Positions 58,850-64,000 of a stretch of 64,000 nt of DNA are shown in pieces. The notes beneath the pieces were generated by a model that saw nothing but the letters and a program-made list of their open reading frames with translations, was not told the DNA's origin and did not search any database. The translations under genes and the position numbers were made by a program. Source of the stretch: Candidatus Hydrogenedentota bacterium (GTDB lineage: Bacteria; Hydrogenedentota; Hydrogenedentia; Hydrogenedentales; SLHB01); contig CAXXYE010000010.1 of NCBI GenBank assembly GCA_963674865.2, positions 32,001-96,000 on the forward strand. Reading direction: 5' to 3'. Position 1 is the first letter of the stretch. Every line of letters starts with the position of its first letter.

Positions 58850-61800
58850 TTAATCCGCTTGGATAACCGTATCTTCCCGTAGATTGGGGAGGAGCCAGTG
58901 CATAGGCGGTGTAATCTCCGAAAGACCGCGGGATTTCGGGCGGCGGCCCACTTGGTCGAGATGAGACACAATCAAAGAGCAGTAATGGTCCTCTAGCTGG
59001 ACTTTCCCAACGACAAAGTAGGGACCTTGGGAATCCAACAGATGCCCATAACGCTGATACGCCTCCGGGAAGAGCACGGCCTCAAAAACACCTTCGAGGT
59101 CTTCAAAGGTCAGGAATTTCATGCAGCCGCGGCCCTTGAGCCCTACGCGCCGTTCTGCAATGAGCCACCCGACCATCATCACGATACGCTCGGGATAGCA
59201 GAGCATGTCGCTGCTGAGCACCAGGGCGTGGCCAACCATGGCCGGCAGGTAATACGCTATGGGGTGAGTCGTCGCTGTGAGGCCCAAGGCGGTCCATTCG
59301 AGATCGCTTCGCTTCTTCCGTGAATAATCCGGCCCGCCCGGAAGCAAGGCATCTACATTCCCCGCTGTAAATAGCGGGGCTCCCTCTTCGGTAGGCCCAC
59401 CCTTTCCAAGCATTTCGAGTTCCCATAGAAGCGCTGGGCGCGGCCGGCCAAAACCGTCACAGGCCCCACTATGCACGAGGGCCTGCGCGTCGGCATAGGC
59501 GACACCCGCCCGCCGACACAACTCGGTGACGTTTTCAAAGGGTGCGGTCTTGCGGGCCTGTTGAAGCGCCTCGATGACACCGTGGGACATGCCGCGCACT
59601 TCGACAAAACCCACCCGAATCGCTTCGCCTTCCACCGTGTAGCCGAAACGGCTCCGGTTCACATCCGGCGGGCGCATCTCGATGCCCAGCCGCCTGGCCT
59701 CCTCGATATAGACGGCGGGATGATAGAACCCTCCGCGGTTTGACAGGACGCTCGACAGAAACTCCGCGGGGAAATGGGCCTTCAGGTAGGTGCATTGATA
59801 GGCGATTTCCCCATAGGTACTGGCGTGGGCCTTACAATAGGAATACTCGGCGAAGTTGGAGATCAATTCCCAAATTGCCTCAGCCACGGGCGCTTCGACC
59901 CCATTGGCGACGGCTTTCTTGAGAAAGAGCCGCATGTGGTTGGCCAGGGTCGTGGGGGAGCGCTTCTTGCCCATGGCGCGGCGGAGGCTGTCCGCCTCTG
60001 CCAGATTCATCCCGGCAATGACGTTTGCCACCTTGAGAATATCTTCCTGATAGAGCATCACGCCATAGGTATCGCCAAGCACGCGTTGCAGCGCCGGATG
60101 TAAATACACGGTTTCTTCTCTGGCCGCATGGCGCGCGATAAACCGCTTCTTCATCCCGCTTCCGGAAGGCCCCGGCCGCACAAGGGATAACGTCTTGATC
60201 AGCATATCGGTCGTGTCCGCGCACGTGTTCTGGAGGAGGGCGCGCATGGCCGGCGACTCGATCTGAAAGCAGCCAATCGTTCTGCCGGAGCGGATCAGTT
60301 CCCCCGTAAGCCCGTCCGGGTCGGGCAATCGCTCGATATCGATTGCAATGCCGCGGTTCTCGCGAATGTTCTGAATCGTCTCATCAATCACCGTCAACGA
60401 GCGGTGGCCCAACAAATCCATTTTCACCAGGCCGAGGTCCTTGATGGGATACATGTCATACTGCGTGATGAGAAGGCCCTTAGTGGCGCGCTGAAGCGGC
60501 ACAAACCGCGTCAGCGGCTCCGGTGCAATGACGACGCCGCCCGAATGGATCGATAAATGGCGCGGAAACCCATCGATAAATTCGCTGATTTCGACAATAG
60601 ACTTAAGCGGCTCCTCATTGAGGTTCAGGTGCCGGCATTCCGGAAGAAACTTCGCCACTGTCCGGAGGTCGTGGGCGCGGTAATGAGGCAGGCGACGCGC
60701 AATCGCCCGGATCTCCTGTTCCGTCAATCCAAACGCCTTGGCTACTTCCCGCACGGCCGACCGCGCCTTGAAGGTGTTGAACGTGGCGATCATCGCGACG
60801 CGTTCTTCCCCATACCGGCGATAGACGTAATCGATGACGTTATCCCGGCGGCGCCAGCAGATATCCAGGTCGATATCCGGGCAGTCCGATCGGGAGAGGT
60901 TCAGGAAACGTTCGAAATACAAGTCATATTTGAACGGATCCACGCGGGTGATCCCAAGCACATGCGCCACCAGGCTGTTCGCCGCCGAGCCGCGTCCCAC
61001 AATAGGGATGCCCCGTTTGCGGGCATAGCGCACGATATCCCATACGATGAGAAAATACGGCACGAAACCCAGCGTATCGATCACGTCCAACTCATGCTGA
61101 AAACGCTGCATCACCGCCGGCGCAAGAGGACGGTAGCGCTTCTTAAGCCCCTCAAATGCCACCTTCCACAAATAAGAAAAGGCCGTTTCCCCCGCGGGTG
61201 GATTGAACGCCGGAAACCGCGGCGTGCCGAAAGACAAATCGAGTTCACACTGCTCCGCCACCCACTCCGCATTCGCCAGTGTCTCCGGCCAATCGGCGTA
61301 GAGGCGGGCCATCTCCTCCGGCGAGCGGAACCACGCCCCCGGCGGAGCCACATCGTCTCCGGCAAGAGTATCTACCGTCGCATTGCATCGAATCGCCGAG
61401 AGCACCCGGTGGATCCGGGCGTGATCCGGTTCCAGGAAATACACCGGATTCACCGCCACCGGCCGCATGCCTCGCTCTTGCGCCCAATCACGCAACCGGC
61501 CCGCCACGGCCCGCGAACATCCATCCTCATAATGCGTAATCGCCACCAGCGGCCGCACTCCCCGTGCCGTCAGCTCTTCGATAAGCCGCCGCTCAGATGT
61601 CAGCACAAATACATCCTCGGAGCCAACGCTGTCTGCCAGCCGGAAATCCTCCTCCAACCGGCATGCGGTAACGAGCCGGCACAATTCGGCGTAGCCTTCC
61701 CGGTTCCGCGCCAATAGCACCGTCCCCTCCAATTCGACGCCGAGAATCGGCTTTAGCCCGGCCTCTTTCGCCGTCTGATAAAAGGGAATCGCCCCGTACA

Positions 61801-61924
61801 TCCCCCCCGTGTCGGTCAGCGCAAGCGACTTCATGCCGTACTCGACGGCGCGCCCTACCAACTGCCGGAATGTCGCCGTCCCGTTCAACAAGGAATGATT
61901 ACTATGAACATGCAAATGCGTCAT
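58850..61924 (-). CDS. dnaE2: Accessory, probably error-prone, DNA polymerase III alpha subunit (DnaE2-type)
   Basis: PHP domain (HLHVHS, TD), GRGSAANS, PDIDLD, GCFQIESP, OB fold; short (1024 aa) and downstream of dinB. Confidence 0.88.
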   Translation of the reverse strand: MTHLHVHSNHSLLNGTATFRQLVGRAVEYGMKSLALTDTGGMYGAIPFYQTAKEAGLKPILGVELEGTVLLARNREGYAELCRLVTACRLEEDFRLADSVGSEDVFVLTSERRLIEELTARGVRPLVAITHYEDGCSRAVAGRLRDWAQERGMRPVAVNPVYFLEPDHARIHRVLSAIRCNATVDTLAGDDVAPPGAWFRSPEEMARLYADWPETLANAEWVAEQCELDLSFGTPRFPAFNPPAGETAFSYLWKVAFEGLKKRYRPLAPAVMQRFQHELDVIDTLGFVPYFLIVWDIVRYARKRGIPIVGRGSAANSLVAHVLGITRVDPFKYDLYFERFLNLSRSDCPDIDLDICWRRRDNVIDYVYRRYGEERVAMIATFNTFKARSAVREVAKAFGLTEQEIRAIARRLPHYRAHDLRTVAKFLPECRHLNLNEEPLKSIVEISEFIDGFPRHLSIHSGGVVIAPEPLTRFVPLQRATKGLLITQYDMYPIKDLGLVKMDLLGHRSLTVIDETIQNIRENRGIAIDIERLPDPDGLTGELIRSGRTIGCFQIESPAMRALLQNTCADTTDMLIKTLSLVRPGPSGSGMKKRFIARHAAREETVYLHPALQRVLGDTYGVMLYQEDILKVANVIAGMNLAEADSLRRAMGKKRSPTTLANHMRLFLKKAVANGVEAPVAEAIWELISNFAEYSYCKAHASTYGEIAYQCTYLKAHFPAEFLSSVLSNRGGFYHPAVYIEEARRLGIEMRPPDVNRSRFGYTVEGEAIRVGFVEVRGMSHGVIEALQQARKTAPFENVTELCRRAGVAYADAQALVHSGACDGFGRPRPALLWELEMLGKGGPTEEGAPLFTAGNVDALLPGGPDYSRKKRSDLEWTALGLTATTHPIAYYLPAMVGHALVLSSDMLCYPERIVMMVGWLIAERRVGLKGRGCMKFLTFEDLEGVFEAVLFPEAYQRYGHLLDSQGPYFVVGKVQLEDHYCSLIVSHLDQVGRRPKSRGLSEITPPMHWLLPNLREDTVIQAD

Positions 61925-61973
61925 AAATTGCTAAAAAACATGTGTTTCTCAGAGAGTTTTCTTAATAACGCCG

Positions 61974-63176
61974 TTATCTTGACAAGGAGGGGGTGGCGAG
62001 TTGAACACGTCGGCCGAGGCTCATGGATTTTCCAAATCGGACGCATTCGAATCCATGGCGATCCCGGATGCGATCTACGCCTGCCATGGCCTGTTCCCAT
62101 TTTTCCGACATCCGCCTGCCGAATAGGCGCAACTGATGCTGGTTGTAACTGAGCAAACTCAGCCCTATCCCCACTAGTCGTACGCGTGCCCGCCGGCGTT
62201 TGGCCTTGGGCAGTAGCTCGTGCAGCGCCGCGATAAGGTCTCCGTCCAGCCACGTGGGCTCCGGCAAACGCTTGGCAAAGGTGCAGGTTTTGAAATCGGA
62301 ATAGCGCACTTTGAGCGTGACGCATCGCGTCTCCATACCCTTTTCTCGCAGCGCATACGCCGCCCGCTCGGTAAGGTACGTCAACACACGCTCCATATGG
62401 CTCCAATCCAGCAGGTCTTCCTCAAACGTCGTCTCCCGGCTGATCGACTTCGGGGGAGCATCCGGCGCCACGATGGACCTCGATATGCCCTGCGCCGCCT
62501 GCTGAAGGGCATAAGCCAACTGGCCGAAGGCACCCACGAGCGTATCCAAAGGCAAATCGGCCAGCCGCCCAATCGTCAGGACTCCCAACGATTCGAGCGT
62601 TTCACGAGTCCGCGGCCCGACGCCGGGGAGTTTGCGCACAGGCAGCGGCCGGAAGAAGGCCGCCTCTGCTCCCGGTTCGATACGCAAATAACCATCCGGT
62701 TTGGCCTCATCGACGGCTACTTTGGCCACCAATTTGTTCGAGGCGATGGCGATGGTGCATGGAAGTTGTATCTTTTGACGAATCCGGGATTTGATATGGT
62801 GTGCAATGGCGTCATCGCCCCCCAACAGTCGCTGGGAACCTGAGATATCGAGATATGCCTCATCAATCGACGCCATCTCCACCAGCGGAGAAATCGTCTG
62901 AAGGATTTCGCGGATATTCTCCGAAGCGGCGCGATAATGCTCGAAATTCCCCCGCATGAATATCCCATGAGGGCAAAGCCGCCGCGCCTGCACCAACGGC
63001 ATGGCCGAATGGATACCGTACTCACGCGCCTCATAGGAAGCCGTACATACCACCCCGCGCGAGTCCCGCGCGTCCCCTCCGATAATCAGAGGCTTTCCGC
63101 ACAGCGAAGGATCGCGCACCTGCTCAACCGACGCAAAAAAAGCATCCATGTCGATATGTAAGATTCTACGTTCCAA
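61974..63176 (-). CDS. dinB: DNA polymerase IV
   Basis: HIDMDAFFASVE, SYEAR, SIDEAY, KPDG, little-finger domain, clamp motif QLRLF. Confidence 0.95.
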   Translation of the reverse strand: MERRILHIDMDAFFASVEQVRDPSLCGKPLIIGGDARDSRGVVCTASYEAREYGIHSAMPLVQARRLCPHGIFMRGNFEHYRAASENIREILQTISPLVEMASIDEAYLDISGSQRLLGGDDAIAHHIKSRIRQKIQLPCTIAIASNKLVAKVAVDEAKPDGYLRIEPGAEAAFFRPLPVRKLPGVGPRTRETLESLGVLTIGRLADLPLDTLVGAFGQLAYALQQAAQGISRSIVAPDAPPKSISRETTFEEDLLDWSHMERVLTYLTERAAYALREKGMETRCVTLKVRYSDFKTCTFAKRLPEPTWLDGDLIAALHELLPKAKRRRARVRLVGIGLSLLSYNQHQLRLFGRRMSEKWEQAMAGVDRIRDRHGFECVRFGKSMSLGRRVQLATPSLSR

Positions 63177-63210
63177 AGACCTACACCCGAAGATTTACGC
63201 GGAGAAAATA

Positions 63211-63259
63211 CTGAATATAAGTTCAGCTAAAATATACCTCACAAACGTTTCCGTGTCAA
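63211..63259 (-). promoter_or_regulatory. dinB promoter with a palindromic operator (candidate LexA box)
   Basis: TTGACA (63259-63254)-N17-TATATT (63236-63231); CTGAATATAAGTTCAG (63211-63226) covers the predicted transcription start. Confidence 0.75.
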
Positions 63260-63419
63260 ACGTTTTGCCTCTCCGAAGTGGCCTGGACACCGATTGCGCC
63301 ACGTCAAGCCGTTGATAAATAAGGGGATACCGACGATGTAGACCGGGTCTCAAGAGAGAGGGAGGGCTTCAGAGCGCGGGATTTCTACTGCCAACGGAAG
63401 CAGGGACAAGAAGAATACG

Positions 63420-63899
63420 TTAGGGCTGCGGCCAGAGGCCTTCTTCCGACAATGGCAAGCGGCGCTGTCCGTGGGGAAACTTCAGTTCCACCCAGGGTAG
63501 CGCCTCTCCCCGCGCCGCCTCCGGCAACTCGATGATGTAGGTAACGAGGTCGCCGTCTCTTCGGGCCGCCGTGCTCCGGCACGTACCGCCGAAGGGCTCA
63601 CGCAACAGGACAGGAATCGCGACGTCCCGTTGCGCCCATGGCCCGGATAAACGAAACGTCGCCTGCACGGCCCCCCCAACCAATCGGATCTCACTGATCT
63701 GCCCTTCCCACTCCGCAACGGGAGCGGCGCCGACTTGCCCTTTGATATCTTCCGAATAGCTCTGCCAGGTAGGCGTGCTGTTCTGGATACGCCGCGCCAA
63801 CTCTTCCGTAGAGACCCCCGAACACGAGACGAGAAAGGCCGCAGCTACCCCGCAATAACATGCGGCCGCGGCAACAGAACGGAGCCTGTGAGCAGACAC
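63420..63899 (-). CDS. Putative lipoprotein of unknown function
   Basis: FLVSC lipobox-like motif; GGGGG RBS before GTG. Confidence 0.6.
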   Translation of the reverse strand: MSAHRLRSVAAAACYCGVAAAFLVSCSGVSTEELARRIQNSTPTWQSYSEDIKGQVGAAPVAEWEGQISEIRLVGGAVQATFRLSGPWAQRDVAIPVLLREPFGGTCRSTAARRDGDLVTYIIELPEAARGEALPWVELKFPHGQRRLPLSEEGLWPQP

Positions 63900-63908
63900 G
63901 TTCCCCCG

Positions 63909-64000
63909 CTATCGATCCGTGCGACGCCGGTCCACGAACACGACGCTTTTGCCTTCGGGCCGCGCCATCTGCCGCACCTGCGCCAACACCTCGAACATCT
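63909..64000 (-). CDS. 3' end of a gene running off the window
   Basis: Hand translation ...MFEVLAQVRQMARPEGKSVVFVDRRRTDR*, stopping 9 bp before the next start. Confidence 0.45.
   Translation of the reverse strand, partial: MFEVLAQVRQMARPEGKSVVFVDRRRTDR

Noticed and set aside
60557..61717. 386-aa plus-strand ORF
   Set aside because: Antisense shadow of dnaE2.
1..64000. CRISPR array, tRNA/rRNA, prophage, reverse transcriptase or DGR
   Set aside because: No repeat-spacer periodicity, cloverleaf, phage structural genes or RT motifs were seen by eye. The DinG has no cas neighbours, so it is not a type IV CRISPR component.

Overview
GC-rich bacterial chromosomal window. The gene content (DUF1559/H-X9-DG prepilin-like protein, URO-D-family protein, Tat sulfatase, TMTC-like GT-C) suggests a PVC-like or Candidatus Hydrogenedentota-type organism, which is an inference only. 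In order, it holds: exported proteins (TolB-like, prepilin-like, TPR); an AKR/Zn-dehydrogenase/URO-D operon; a scar in which hicB, a truncated IS and the 3' end of a beta-CASP gene are joined; a Wzx/Wzy surface-polysaccharide locus (gmd, perosamine synthase, four methyltransferases, a prenyltransferase/terpene-cyclase-fold protein) with an intact IS30 at its upstream end; a TMTC-like glycosyltransferase; a heterodimeric ABC exporter; a hybrid kinase and HTH-REC regulator; a frameshifted ECF sigma with a double-zinc-finger anti-sigma; pgi; a JAB-DinG helicase; a pterin operon; a sulfatase; an HtrA with a pseudoprotease partner; a 6S RNA; pilMNOPQ; and a dinB-dnaE2 cassette with a candidate LexA box. 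A recurring pattern is exported enzyme folds that have lost their catalytic residues (four cases). No rRNA, tRNA or CRISPR array was seen. Family calls come from motif recognition by eye and not from database searches.
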